Positions 16,899-25,741 of a DNA stretch of 31,551 nt are shown here, one piece after another (position 1 is the first letter of the stretch; each line of letters opens with the position of its first letter). Source of the stretch: a virus (Duplodnaviria > Caudoviricetes); the IMG/VR virus record IMGVR_UViG_3300044956_000209, positions 1 to 31,551 of that record; one strand, written 5' to 3'. A program made the position numbers and the translations under genes. Below the pieces are notes generated by a model, which worked only from the letters and a program-made list of their open reading frames with translations, had not been told where the DNA came from and searched no databases.

Positions 16899-17215
16899 TG
16901 TGTTTCCGGCATCCGGTTGACATACACCACTTCGATCTTCTGCGCCTCCGTTGGCGAGCCGCTATCGAGCCGCTCATTCTTATCCGCAAGGTGATCGTCC
17001 GATTGGTTCTGCGCCTCCGCCGCGATAAGCGCACGGGCCGCCGATGTTGCCTTATCAGGGTCCGGGCAGTCGCGTACAAACCCGGCCATGCGGTCCACGA
17101 TGGCCTGCCGCACCTCATCAGGAATCGGCCAGCGGCGTTTGATCGCCATAGCAATCATGCGAGAATCCGAACGCACCCGGTTCACATCCGATCCGATTGT
17201 GATTTCATCTGCCAC
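16895..17215 (-). CDS. Probable terminase small subunit
   Basis: About 106 aa, helical, with a C-terminal KIEVVYV strand; ATGA-coupled to terL; GTG start with a GGAGG SD. Confidence 0.6.
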   Translation of the reverse strand: MADEITIGSDVNRVRSDSRMIAMAIKRRWPIPDEVRQAIVDRMAGFVRDCPDPDKATSAARALIAAEAQNQSDDHLADKNERLDSGSPTEAQKIEVVYVNRMPETQ

Positions 17216-19139
17216 GCGACACCCTCCCCTCCCTTGATCCGCCGCGAGATGTCCACCCCGCCTGCGGGTATTGATACGCCCCGTAGTCACCAGCGTAATA
17301 GTTACCCGTCACACCACGCGTCGGCTTGTACGAAGGATTCAGGAACCGCCGCCGCAGCGTGCTGTTCGATGCCAACTGCGCGGATTCGCTGATCCGGTAA
17401 AACTGGGCCGCCATGTTCGATTCGACGAATAGCGGTGCTTGTGCGCCGGTGCCGGTTTCGACCTGTGCAATCCATTCGGCCTTTGTGTCAAGTGCCGCGT
17501 TTGATGAGTACCGGGCCAGCGTCGGCGAGAATCCGAGATAGGCGTTAGTGCGGAACTCGTGGGCCGACGCGCCAAGGGCGTTGTCCGAAACGCACAGGTA
17601 CGCCTGTGATACCGGCTTGCTTGTAAAGCCGATCACGCAACCATACACCCGATATGTGTAGTTGGCCTTTGCCTCGTAACTGATGAAATAGCAGTCGTTT
17701 GAGTTTGTGCCGGTGTCGATGAGCGTGCATCCAATGAACCCGGCACCGTCGCCCGCGTCGAATGTTCCGGTGAATGTGTGAATGTTATAGCCAAAGCCGC
17801 CGCTGCGGTCTGAGTTGAATCGAAATACGCAAGATGTGAACAGCGGCTTATGCGCGATGCCTGTGGCCTTGCTCAGCAACAACGCCCCGTTGTTTGATGC
17901 TCCCGCCGGGCCGCATCTCTGATAGTCGAAATTGCATCGGTCAAACCAAACCGAATCGAAAACAGTCGCTTGTACCCCATTGACACAGGCACACTCCCGG
18001 CAGATCACGTTGCGGCTGGCGGTGCTATCCCAGTTTCCCGCGTAGGAGGGAAGATTGCCGAATCCGAACGGGTTGCGGTTCGCGTCGTCCCCGTACATAT
18101 AGGCCGTGCAACGCTCGAACAAAAGCCCATTGACGAAGTTGTTGGCAAGCCCGCTGGTGTGGCAATAGAAGGCGGTCATGTTGGTGGCGGCTTGAATCGG
18201 GTTTCCATCCATCGCCAAATGAACCTGAACATGCGCCACGCAGTTGAGGAACCTTACCCCGTTCACTTCAGTAGACGCGCCGCCCGCGAACGCCACATAA
18301 TTGGTGCTTGATTTATAGAGCGAGCCAGAATCGAATCCCACAAATGTGTGATTGATATTCGAGCCGCTTCCGGCGCACCCCATGCCGTGATACCCAGTGT
18401 TCTCTGAATACCCGCCTGCGGTGTAGTTGCCGTTTCCGCCTTGGCAGATAATCGCGTACCCGTCTGCGTTGCTGTATGGATTGATAAGAAAGTAACTCGT
18501 CAGCGAGGCGTTGATAGAGCAGCCAGTGCATGATGTAAGGGAGTCGCCTTGGTATGGAGAAGACCCGGCGGATGCCGCGTAGGGGTTTGCGGCGTTGCGA
18601 CCCCGCACGATGCCGATGGTGACGGTGTTCGGGTCGGTGCCGTCGGTGACGATGCGAAGCACGCCCGTACCCGTGGTGTAGTTCCAATCCCATGCCGCCG
18701 ATGGGGAGGAGTTCCAGCGAAGTTGCCCTTTGCGGAATGTGCGGCCCGCGCTGCCGCTCACCGTCTCTGTGTCATAGTTCCACGTCACGCCGTCAATGTA
18801 GAGGCCGGTGTTGAGGGTTTTCTCCCAGATGTTGCCAGATACGTTTAGCCACGCGCCCGGCAAGGTGGCGGTATCGCCGCGAATGGTGCATGAGCCATAG
18901 TTGATGACCTGTACGCCAGACTTGCTTGTGAGCGTGAGGAGCCAGCCGGTATCGTGGAACGTTGCGGCCACGCCGTAGGTGGGGCGGAATGTGCCTTGGC
19001 GATAGATGATGTCGCCGGAGCCAGCGGACGACAGCCACGCCGCTGGTGCAACGCCGGTGTACGTCTTCCACGCGGTTGCCATTGTCAGCCCGTCGTTGGC
19101 GTCGTTGCCGTTCGTCCCATCCCAGTAGCGGCTAGCCAC
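17205..19139 (-). CDS. Pectin-lyase-like parallel beta-helix protein (tailspike/depolymerase candidate)
   Basis: N-terminal YWDGTNGNDANDGLTMATAWKT...GDIIY...GTF motif and repeated VRFLNC/LLFERC/WFDRC/LFTSC beta-helix rungs. Confidence 0.75.
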   Translation of the reverse strand: MASRYWDGTNGNDANDGLTMATAWKTYTGVAPAAWLSSAGSGDIIYRQGTFRPTYGVAATFHDTGWLLTLTSKSGVQVINYGSCTIRGDTATLPGAWLNVSGNIWEKTLNTGLYIDGVTWNYDTETVSGSAGRTFRKGQLRWNSSPSAAWDWNYTTGTGVLRIVTDGTDPNTVTIGIVRGRNAANPYAASAGSSPYQGDSLTSCTGCSINASLTSYFLINPYSNADGYAIICQGGNGNYTAGGYSENTGYHGMGCAGSGSNINHTFVGFDSGSLYKSSTNYVAFAGGASTEVNGVRFLNCVAHVQVHLAMDGNPIQAATNMTAFYCHTSGLANNFVNGLLFERCTAYMYGDDANRNPFGFGNLPSYAGNWDSTASRNVICRECACVNGVQATVFDSVWFDRCNFDYQRCGPAGASNNGALLLSKATGIAHKPLFTSCVFRFNSDRSGGFGYNIHTFTGTFDAGDGAGFIGCTLIDTGTNSNDCYFISYEAKANYTYRVYGCVIGFTSKPVSQAYLCVSDNALGASAHEFRTNAYLGFSPTLARYSSNAALDTKAEWIAQVETGTGAQAPLFVESNMAAQFYRISESAQLASNSTLRRRFLNPSYKPTRGVTGNYYAGDYGAYQYPQAGWTSRGGSREGRVSRGR

Positions 19140-19140
19140 T

Positions 19141-19581
19141 TCACTCGCCCCTTTCCCGTCTGATGAGTTCGCGTTCCTGCAAACGAATCAGCGTGTCATG
19201 GTCCTGATTCTGCCGTGCCTGTATTGCCTGCATGTCGCGTTCATGCAAACGAATCAGCGTGTCATGGTCCTGATTCTGCCGTGCCTGTATTGCCTGCATG
19301 TCGCGTTCATGTACCGTGTCCGCGTACCGCAGCGGTGTCACGGTCGAGGCAACAATCGCGCCGATGATGGTGGAGGCAAGGGCCGTTGCGCCTATTACCA
19401 CGCTCCAATTTGTGCGGCCCGAGTTGCCGAGTTTCTCAGTCAGAGCATTGATGCCAGCGGCAACCCTGCCAACGTCCTCTTTGACACCGGCCACTTCGCC
19501 GTGCAAGCCCTGCACGCTGGCCTCTAGGCGGCCTACGCGCGTATGCAAGTCGCCGTTGCTTTGGGGCTCGGTCACGTCCAC
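19141..19581 (-). CDS. Coiled-coil, single-TM membrane protein (holin/spanin candidate)
   Basis: N-terminal coiled coil, TM WSVVIGATALASTIIGAIV, C-terminal coiled coil. Confidence 0.6.
   Translation of the reverse strand: MDVTEPQSNGDLHTRVGRLEASVQGLHGEVAGVKEDVGRVAAGINALTEKLGNSGRTNWSVVIGATALASTIIGAIVASTVTPLRYADTVHERDMQAIQARQNQDHDTLIRLHERDMQAIQARQNQDHDTLIRLQERELIRRERGE
19178..19311. repeat. Exact 66-bp tandem duplication
   Basis: 19178-19243 = 19244-19309; encodes HERDMQAIQARQNQDHDTLIRL twice. Confidence 0.95.
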
Positions 19582-20192
19582 GCTCCTGCATAAGTTTCCG
19601 ATGCTTCACCCACGCGGCGGACGCGAAACCATGAACCCGCCTTCATCACGGCGGCGGCGGCTGTGCCCAGCGCAACGCTCGGGATGATCGTGCCCGCCGT
19701 CGATACCCGAAACATGCCCTGAGTGATCGACACCATGCCCGTGCCCGTCGCGCCGTTGACGATGTTTGTCTGTGTGGCCGATGCCACGCTTGCCGAGCCG
19801 GATCGGGCGAGCGTGGCGAGGGGCGAGTTATTGTCAAGCCCGGTTGAGTGATGACCCCAGCGGTCGGTGGTTGCCGTGCCCGCACCCACTACATCGAACG
19901 TGAGATTGTTCGATGCCGCACTACTCATATTCGTGAGGTACAGGAAAGCGTCAAACTCATACACGCCGGTTCCCACCGTGAGCGTGCCGTTGGCGGTGGT
20001 GTCAAACGCCTTCTGAGACGCGACCGTGCTGGTGAGGGTGTAGTCGGCGGCCAGCATGACCCACGATGTCACCGGCACGCGGATGTTGGCGAGTTGCGAT
20101 GATGCCCAGCCGATAGCGGTGCTGTCGTTGCCGATGGTGGCTGGCAACCTCAGTACGCGGCCACCGATAGATATGGAACTGGCGAACGTCAC
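19572..20192 (-). CDS. Fibre-head-like (C1q/TNF-type jelly-roll) virion protein
   Basis: GTGA-coupled start at 20192; TLTVGTGVYEFDAFLYL...GTIIPSV...GSWFRVRRV pattern. Confidence 0.55.
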   Translation of the reverse strand: MTFASSISIGGRVLRLPATIGNDSTAIGWASSQLANIRVPVTSWVMLAADYTLTSTVASQKAFDTTANGTLTVGTGVYEFDAFLYLTNMSSAASNNLTFDVVGAGTATTDRWGHHSTGLDNNSPLATLARSGSASVASATQTNIVNGATGTGMVSITQGMFRVSTAGTIIPSVALGTAAAAVMKAGSWFRVRRVGEASETYAGAWT

Positions 20193-21001
20193 GCCGCACC
20201 CCCGGCGTTGCTGTAGTCCACGCCCACGCAGAATCCGATCCCTTGCGAGCGGTTGAAGTCGATGACCGATTGGTGAACGCGGCCCGTCTCGTCGAACAGG
20301 ATCACACTTGCGCCCTGTGCCTTGATCACGTCCAGCGGTGTGTGGCCCGGGTCGCCGTAGTTCCCGCCGGTCGATTCCCACTTGGACAGGAAGCAGAAAT
20401 AGGTGAAGGGAAAGAGCACGCTGCCGCGTGTCGGGCGCGGTTCGCCCCACACCTCGATGCCCGCCGATGCCAGCCGGTTCGCCGCGAGAACGTCATTTGA
20501 TCCCGGCTTGCGGTCGCCAAGCGTGTCGATGCACACGAAGTCGGCGATGCCGCCCCAGTGCACCACGATGTTCTCGCATGTGTCAAGGGTGGAACTGCGC
20601 GTCATGTGCTGGGCGGTGCCGAGATAGAACCCCACCTTCTTGCCGGTGCGCTCTGTCAGAATCATGCAGGCATCGGCCCACACTTGATATGACCCGCACT
20701 CGGCCACACGGGGATCATGGTGCGTGGCCGCCCGCTCCACCATGTCAAAGCGAAGGTCTGCCGGGCCTTCCTGTCCGCCGGGGTACGCGATGATGATGTG
20801 GGTCGCATCAGCGCGAATCAGCGGGGCAAGCCAACGCACCCAGCCGATAGGCCCAAGTTCCAATACTTTGTCGGTGAACCCGCGCGGGCCGGTGTTTGAT
20901 GCCGGGGTAGCCCAGATCGCAAGGGGTGCAAGCGGGGCCGTAAGGCCCTCGGATGCCGTGGACTTTGCCTCGCCGGTGCTTGGGGGCCAAGGGATGGTCA
21001 C
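20189..21001 (-). CDS. Hypothetical alpha/beta protein, possibly a TIM-barrel glycoside hydrolase
   Basis: GTGA-coupled start at 21001; alternating strands HIIIAYPGG, KVGFYLG, DFVCID, IEVWGEP. Confidence 0.5.
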   Translation of the reverse strand: MTIPWPPSTGEAKSTASEGLTAPLAPLAIWATPASNTGPRGFTDKVLELGPIGWVRWLAPLIRADATHIIIAYPGGQEGPADLRFDMVERAATHHDPRVAECGSYQVWADACMILTERTGKKVGFYLGTAQHMTRSSTLDTCENIVVHWGGIADFVCIDTLGDRKPGSNDVLAANRLASAGIEVWGEPRPTRGSVLFPFTYFCFLSKWESTGGNYGDPGHTPLDVIKAQGASVILFDETGRVHQSVIDFNRSQGIGFCVGVDYSNAGGAA

Positions 21002-21726
21002 AACTTCACCCCCCACTCGCGGAGTTTGGCTGTGGCCTTGGCCCGTTCTTCCTTCGTCATCGAATCCAGACTGCCGAGCGTGGCAGCCACTTCGGCGCGG
21101 CGTTCGTTCACCCATTCGTTGCCAACCGCCAGCAACGCAGTCGCCTCTCGCGGCTTGCCCTCTGCTGCCAGTTGCTTGCCCTGCATAACGGCGATGCGGT
21201 TGCGCCACCAGACGACGACGACCCACACGATGCCGATGAGCGACAGCCCCAGCAGCACGATGCACGCCCAAGCCACAATGTCAGCGGCCAGCGTGCCGTA
21301 GGCAAGCAGCATGTATCGAGCGACCCACGTTACACCCGCCAACCCCACGCCGACGAGGGCGTGACGGGTGGGTATGGTGGCGACAAAGAACGAAAGCACG
21401 AAGAGGGCGACACTCGCCAGCGAGAACAGGCCAGCCAGCCAGCCCGTGCCCACCTTGACCGTGTGGCGGAAGTCGGATTGAGCGGCTGCCTTTGATTCCT
21501 TGTGTGACACCGTGCCGTCGCGGTTTGTGTCGGCGGGGTCAGACACCGGCACTTCGATCTTCAACCCATGCGGTGAGCGGGGTACATCATCACCGGGCGG
21601 GGGTGCAAACCCCTCCGGCCCGGCCACGGCTGGCGGCGTGTAACTGCACGCGGGCACGGCACCGATGCCCGCGATAGCAACGGCGGAGGCAACGATGACC
21701 GACAGCATTGAGTAGGCGCGGCTCAT
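20998..21726 (-). CDS. Membrane protein with lipoprotein-like signal, EF-hand-like loop and 3 TM helices
   Basis: Hydrophobic N-terminus ending in VPAC; Pro-rich linker; DTNRDGTVSHKE; three hydrophobic segments. Confidence 0.65.
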   Translation of the reverse strand: MSRAYSMLSVIVASAVAIAGIGAVPACSYTPPAVAGPEGFAPPPGDDVPRSPHGLKIEVPVSDPADTNRDGTVSHKESKAAAQSDFRHTVKVGTGWLAGLFSLASVALFVLSFFVATIPTRHALVGVGLAGVTWVARYMLLAYGTLAADIVAWACIVLLGLSLIGIVWVVVVWWRNRIAVMQGKQLAAEGKPREATALLAVGNEWVNERRAEVAATLGSLDSMTKEERAKATAKLREWGVKL

Positions 21727-21740
21727 GCCGCAAGTGTACC
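21727..21740 (-). promoter_or_regulatory. Candidate late promoter (-10 TACACT) giving a leaderless transcript
   Basis: GGTACACT-tgcggc-ATG; sits just downstream of a terminator at the head of the structural operon; no SD and no clear -35. Confidence 0.45.
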
Positions 21741-21783
21741 CTTATGGGTGGGGGTGTGTTTGTGATTGCCTACAACATTCGGG

Positions 21784-21807
21784 AAGAAAAACCCCCTTGC
21801 GGGGGTT
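21784..21807 (-). terminator. Intrinsic terminator
   Basis: AACCCCC-GCAA-GGGGGTT followed by TTTCTT, immediately after stop 21812. Confidence 0.85.
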
Positions 21808-21811
21808 GCGG

Positions 21812-21952
21812 TTACTTGGCCTGCTTGATCGCCTTTCTGATTCCCCGGCTTGCGTTGCCGCCGCCAATGGCCTTGGCCTTGGCGTGGGTTTCGGCATCGA
21901 GGTAGACAAGCACGCGGCGGCCTTCTTTCAGGATTCGCGGCCTGCCTTTCAT
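21812..21952 (-). CDS. Small ribbon-helix-helix-like DNA-binding protein (46 aa)
   Basis: MKGRP....RRVLVYLDAETHAKAKAIGGGNASRGIRKAI; ATGA-coupled start. Confidence 0.65.
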   Translation of the reverse strand: MKGRPRILKEGRRVLVYLDAETHAKAKAIGGGNASRGIRKAIKQAK

Positions 21953-22254
21953 TTGCCCTCCGCTTTGGCAATGGCGGCGCGAAGCACATATCGCAAGTGG
22001 CAAGCACTCGGGCTTGTGTCGTTGGCCGCCTCCGATTCTGCTAGCGCAACCTTGCACGCCTCCAGCATCTCCGGTGCGGCGGCGATGAGGCGGGCGTTTG
22101 ATTCGGATTCGTCGTTCGTGACGGCTGCCTCTCCAAGTCGATTGGCCTTCACGTCACAGACGGCTTTCCACGGGCCTTGTTGTGGATCGCTCTTGATCTC
22201 CCATGCGCCATCGGTAATACATTCTGCGTCCCACGGTCCCGGTGTGTGTGCCAT
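21949..22254 (-). CDS. Conserved phage hypothetical protein (HTPGPW...NARLIAAAPE family)
   Basis: Recognisable recurring phage motif; AAGGAG SD. Confidence 0.8.
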   Translation of the reverse strand: MAHTPGPWDAECITDGAWEIKSDPQQGPWKAVCDVKANRLGEAAVTNDESESNARLIAAAPEMLEACKVALAESEAANDTSPSACHLRYVLRAAIAKAEGK

Positions 22255-22397
22255 TTCAGTCTCCTTTCAATTCCCCACCTGCAATCCGGTGGGCCGATAG
22301 TTGAGTATATACATATCTTTCGTCGAATCGAGTGGTCGGTTTCATCTCTGGTATTGGTTGTTACACGGCGTTAGGGTTTACCTAACCATCGCCCGAT

Positions 22398-22431
22398 AAA
22401 CAAACCGCCCCAGCGAGTGACACCGGGGCGG
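22398..22431 (-). terminator. Intrinsic terminator ending the replication-arm transcript
   Basis: CCGCCCC...GGGGCGG stem followed by TTTGTTT on the minus strand. Confidence 0.7.
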
Positions 22432-22451
22432 CAAAGGAGGAGAGACAACGT

Positions 22452-22607
22452 TCAGGTGCCAGCGTACCACACGCCGATCACGATCAGGCAGGCCGCGAAG
22501 AATACCAGCCCGCCAACGGTTGCAACAGCCCAGAATGACCGGTCAGCGTTCTCGTCCGCCTTAGCCCGCCTGAGTGCCGCGTAGGTGTCGCGTTCGCGTT
22601 GCGTCAC
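22452..22607 (-). CDS. Small single-TM protein (51 aa)
   Basis: GTGA-coupled start; TM FWAVATVGGLVFFAACLIVIGVWY. Confidence 0.6.
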   Translation of the reverse strand: MTQRERDTYAALRRAKADENADRSFWAVATVGGLVFFAACLIVIGVWYAGT

Positions 22608-22801
22608 TTCACACCTCCCCACCAAACGAACCACACAAAGAAGGCGACGAACGCCGCCAGCCCTGCGAGGATGCCGATGCCTACGGGCCTGTGCCACTTG
22701 GGGCGGTCAGGCCCAGCCGTGAACGTCGCGTGCCCGACAAGGGCCATGACGACGAGTGTAACGAGAATGATGAACGATGCAAAGCCAGTTTCGATGGTCA
22801 T
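22604..22801 (-). CDS. Small two-TM membrane protein (65 aa)
   Basis: AGGAG SD; two hydrophobic helices. Confidence 0.7.
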   Translation of the reverse strand: MTIETGFASFIILVTLVVMALVGHATFTAGPDRPKWHRPVGIGILAGLAAFVAFFVWFVWWGGVK

Positions 22802-22908
22802 TGATGATTCTCCTGTCGGCCCCCGCCGCGCGTGCCGCGAGCAGCCGTACGATCCATTCCAGTGTGATGCACAGACGATCTTGCCCCTACCCCGTGTCTT
22901 TCAGATCG

Positions 22909-23409
22909 CTAGGGGTTGTGGATCGGCTTGCCCTTCACTACGGTCTTTACGGTTATACACGAACCCCTTGGTATCTTCGCTACGCCAGTCGGGAACGTGA
23001 CCGCGTAAAGGGTAGCGTCCCCGGCGGCGTTGGCGTACTCGAACCAATGCTTGCGGCAGTAGGGTACGGTAGCCGCCTCCTCGGTTTCCTGCACCTTGGC
23101 GTAGGGCGACGCTTGGCATATCTCGCACTCGTCCGGGTTTATGTCGCGCGTGATGATTGGGTGTGTGCCTTGACAGAAGGGTTGCGTAGCCACAAACCAC
23201 TTGGCGAGTTTGGCGTCAATGGCAATCATGCTGTCTCGGAGGCGGGCGAAGTCCGATTGTTCGCGCAGGATGCTGTCAGTTTTCATGCGCCGAGAATGGA
23301 GTACGTCCTCGAGGTGCAGGCGGAAAGTTTCGAGTTCCCCGATGAGATGCTCGGTGGCCTGGCGTATAGCCCGCAGGCGTTCGGATTCGGGCGGGCGCAG
23401 ACTAGTCAT
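22909..23409 (-). CDS. Hypothetical protein with coiled coil and CxxC...CxxH motif
   Basis: AGGAGG SD before ATG 23409; CEIC...YCRKH. Confidence 0.65.
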   Translation of the reverse strand: MTSLRPPESERLRAIRQATEHLIGELETFRLHLEDVLHSRRMKTDSILREQSDFARLRDSMIAIDAKLAKWFVATQPFCQGTHPIITRDINPDECEICQASPYAKVQETEEAATVPYCRKHWFEYANAAGDATLYAVTFPTGVAKIPRGSCITVKTVVKGKPIHNP

Positions 23410-23609
23410 TGGCGGCCTCCTTTCGATCACCCACAATCACCCCCATGCCTCGCTCTTGCCCCTTCATTTCGTTTCTGTTCTCCATAGTCCCTCCCTACTT
23501 TCAACGCCAAGGCCGTTTCCCGCCACCGTACGGCGTTCTTAGGGCCCGGCTGGTACCACCCTACCTTGCCGCACCTAGAACGCCTAGGCGGGGCTGTAAT
23601 GCGACGATG

Positions 23610-24209
23610 TTACAATCCGGGAACCGGGCCGGTACCCGCCTTGCGAACGGGCCTCGGGTACTCGCCCTGCGGGTCGTACTCAGGGCCGCCGCCGAGCCCG
23701 AGGCAGTGCGCCAGCACAATCCTCGCCGGTTGCAAGTCGGCCAACCGCTCGGGGGTCCATGTTTCGGCGTTGCCGAGTTTGGCCTTGGCGTAGTTCCACA
23801 TTCCCAAGCGTTCCGAATTGGCCCGCGCCAACACAAACCCATCCACGGCCGCCATATCCATGCACTCGACGGCGGCAAGCACGCGGTCCCGTAGTGCGGC
23901 ATTGGCCCATGCAACGAATCCCGCGTAGTGCTGGCCGCTGGCGTTGGCCTTGGCCGTTGCCGCGACCCGCTGGCGGTTTCCGGTATCGGCCCGAACCGCC
24001 GACACCCGCCGCGAAATATCGGGCGGGAACGGGGACCATGCGGCCTTCTCGCACTCCTGCTGGTGGGCGGTAAGCAACGCGGTGATCTGGTCCAGCGTCA
24101 GATTCGACCCGTTCAGGCGGTCGATGGTTGCCGCCAGCGTTTGCGTTGGCAATTTGCTCTTGGGCCACATCGCCACCATCGTGTTTTTGATCGCGTCTCT
24201 GCGGTTCAT
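23610..24209 (-). CDS. Putative helicase loader/inhibitor-like protein (G39P/lambda-P position)
   Basis: ATGA-coupled to the replication initiator; N-terminal AMWP...W.PFPPDI pattern resembles phage loader N-domains. Confidence 0.5.
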   Translation of the reverse strand: MNRRDAIKNTMVAMWPKSKLPTQTLAATIDRLNGSNLTLDQITALLTAHQQECEKAAWSPFPPDISRRVSAVRADTGNRQRVAATAKANASGQHYAGFVAWANAALRDRVLAAVECMDMAAVDGFVLARANSERLGMWNYAKAKLGNAETWTPERLADLQPARIVLAHCLGLGGGPEYDPQGEYPRPVRKAGTGPVPGL

Positions 24210-25141
24210 GCGTTCTCCCATGACTTAGAAACTTCCGGCTCCCGCTCGATCACAAGCCCCTTGCCGCCCTTCATCGGGTCGCCGGGCAAGCACCCATCGC
24301 GGCGGCAGCGGCGGCACACCGACTCGATCCAGTTGACCGCATGGCGGACGCTGGCGAACCGCTGGGCCTTGATCGCCTCGACCAGTTGCGGCGCGAAGTC
24401 AGCACACGTCCCCTCTCGCCACGAATCGGTCAGCAGGCGGGAGAGGCGTTCGCGGGCTTGGTACATCTCGCCAGCACCGACCAGTATTTCCCCTTGGGGG
24501 CCGATGAATCCGGCTTCGATAGCTTGGCACACAAGATCGACGGGGGCATTTTTTTCCGGCGGGGAGGATGCCCCACCGATCCGCTTCGTCTCGTCCCGAA
24601 CAGGGGCAGGGAAAGGGGCAGGGAAAGGGGCAGGGAAAGGGGCAGGGGCAGGGGCCGTACCGTCCATGCGCGCGCATGTTTTTTGCTTGGACTTTCCTTG
24701 GACCTTTTTTGGACCTTTGTTGGAACGGTCCTCCAATGGTGGGTAGTTGGCCCTCACTTGCTCCCGCTCGTCACTGCGCAAGTGGTTTATTGACGGGCGG
24801 TTACCGTTCGCAAAGTAGAGGCCGCGACGACCCAGCCAAGTATGCACTCCGTTGTCACAATGATCGTGCCAATCGTGTATATAAAGCCGGTCCTCACCCT
24901 CAATTTCGTCCAACAGTTTGACCTTTATCAGCGTTCCGACCAACCGATCAGCGTCCACCGCCGGCCACCCAACCATCGTCGCCATGACCCGATTAGATGC
25001 CCGCCCAACGTCGCCTCGCGGCTTGCTTTCGGCTGCCCACTCCCAGAGCAGGTTCATAATCCCGACAGCCGAATAGACGGGGATGTCTAACTCGCAGGCG
25101 AGTTCCAGAATCTTGTCATGCCGCCCGGTGCCGCGCTTCAT
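24206..25141 (-). CDS. Phage replication initiator (replisome organiser-like)
   Basis: HDKILELACEL...AVGIMNLLWEWA...LIKVKLLD....LYIHDW winged-helix N-domain, followed by a low-complexity repeat linker. Confidence 0.75.
   Translation of the reverse strand: MKRGTGRHDKILELACELDIPVYSAVGIMNLLWEWAAESKPRGDVGRASNRVMATMVGWPAVDADRLVGTLIKVKLLDEIEGEDRLYIHDWHDHCDNGVHTWLGRRGLYFANGNRPSINHLRSDEREQVRANYPPLEDRSNKGPKKVQGKSKQKTCARMDGTAPAPAPFPAPFPAPFPAPVRDETKRIGGASSPPEKNAPVDLVCQAIEAGFIGPQGEILVGAGEMYQARERLSRLLTDSWREGTCADFAPQLVEAIKAQRFASVRHAVNWIESVCRRCRRDGCLPGDPMKGGKGLVIEREPEVSKSWENA
24601..24730. repeat. Repeat cluster/putative replication origin inside the initiator gene
   Basis: 12-bp AGGGGCAGGGAA tandem (24601-24654), palindrome CATGCGCGCGCATG (24665-24678) and four 11-bp TTGGA(C/A) units (24687-24730). 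Confidence 0.7.
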
Positions 25142-25275
25142 GCACGCACCTCCCAACAAACAACCCCCCATCCCGCAACGGACTCACCCGCCATGATCAC
25201 ATGCCGGACGTTGCGAGACAGGGGGTTGTGTGTTGTAAAGGAACGCATGTGATGATTGAACGGGTGAGCACCGCA

Positions 25276-25286
25276 AGTATACCACA
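25276..25286 (-). promoter_or_regulatory. Extended -10 promoter candidate upstream of the replication initiator
   Basis: TGTGGTATACT in the intergenic gap. Confidence 0.5.
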
Positions 25287-25369
25287 AACCACCGCCGCCC
25301 ACAGCGAGACGCGGGCAACCGACAAACCCCACCGCACGGCACTCGCCGCACGGCAGGGGGAGAGAGAGA

Positions 25370-25741
25370 CTAGAGAATCACATCATCTTGCCCAATATCC
25401 GACAACTCCTGCAACGCCTTCGCCGGATTCGGCTGGCGGTAATCGTCACCGTTGTACCACTGGACCCCGCCACCGTTGCCAATGTGGGCCTTGGCCGCCG
25501 CCCGCACATTCATCAACACCCGCAACTTGGGCATCACGTCGCGCGGGTCGCCGCCAATCTCCGATTCGTGATTCATCTGAAGAACTTCGCCGTGCGGTGT
25601 CACGAAGTTGAGCCAGTAGAACCCCAGCGGCATCCGACGCGAGGCGATAAACCCCGTCGCGCGTTCATCGACAAAAAACGCTCCGTCGCTGCTGCCGTTT
25701 GTGCGCCGATATGTCCCGAGAACTGAGTCGCCGATCTTCAC
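25370..25741 (-). CDS. Hypothetical protein (123 aa)
   Basis: GTGA-coupled to the upstream gene. Confidence 0.6.
   Translation of the reverse strand: MKIGDSVLGTYRRTNGSSDGAFFVDERATGFIASRRMPLGFYWLNFVTPHGEVLQMNHESEIGGDPRDVMPKLRVLMNVRAAAKAHIGNGGGVQWYNGDDYRQPNPAKALQELSDIGQDDVIL

Noticed and set aside
6838-19311. The 63-bp and 66-bp repeats as CRISPR or DGR template/variable repeats
   Set aside because: They are adjacent exact copies with no spacers and no A-specific mismatches, and there is no cas or reverse transcriptase gene.
23406-23609. Tiny ORFs with SD-like sequences between the 22909-23409 and 23610-24209 genes
   Set aside because: At 12-15 aa they are too short to support as genes.
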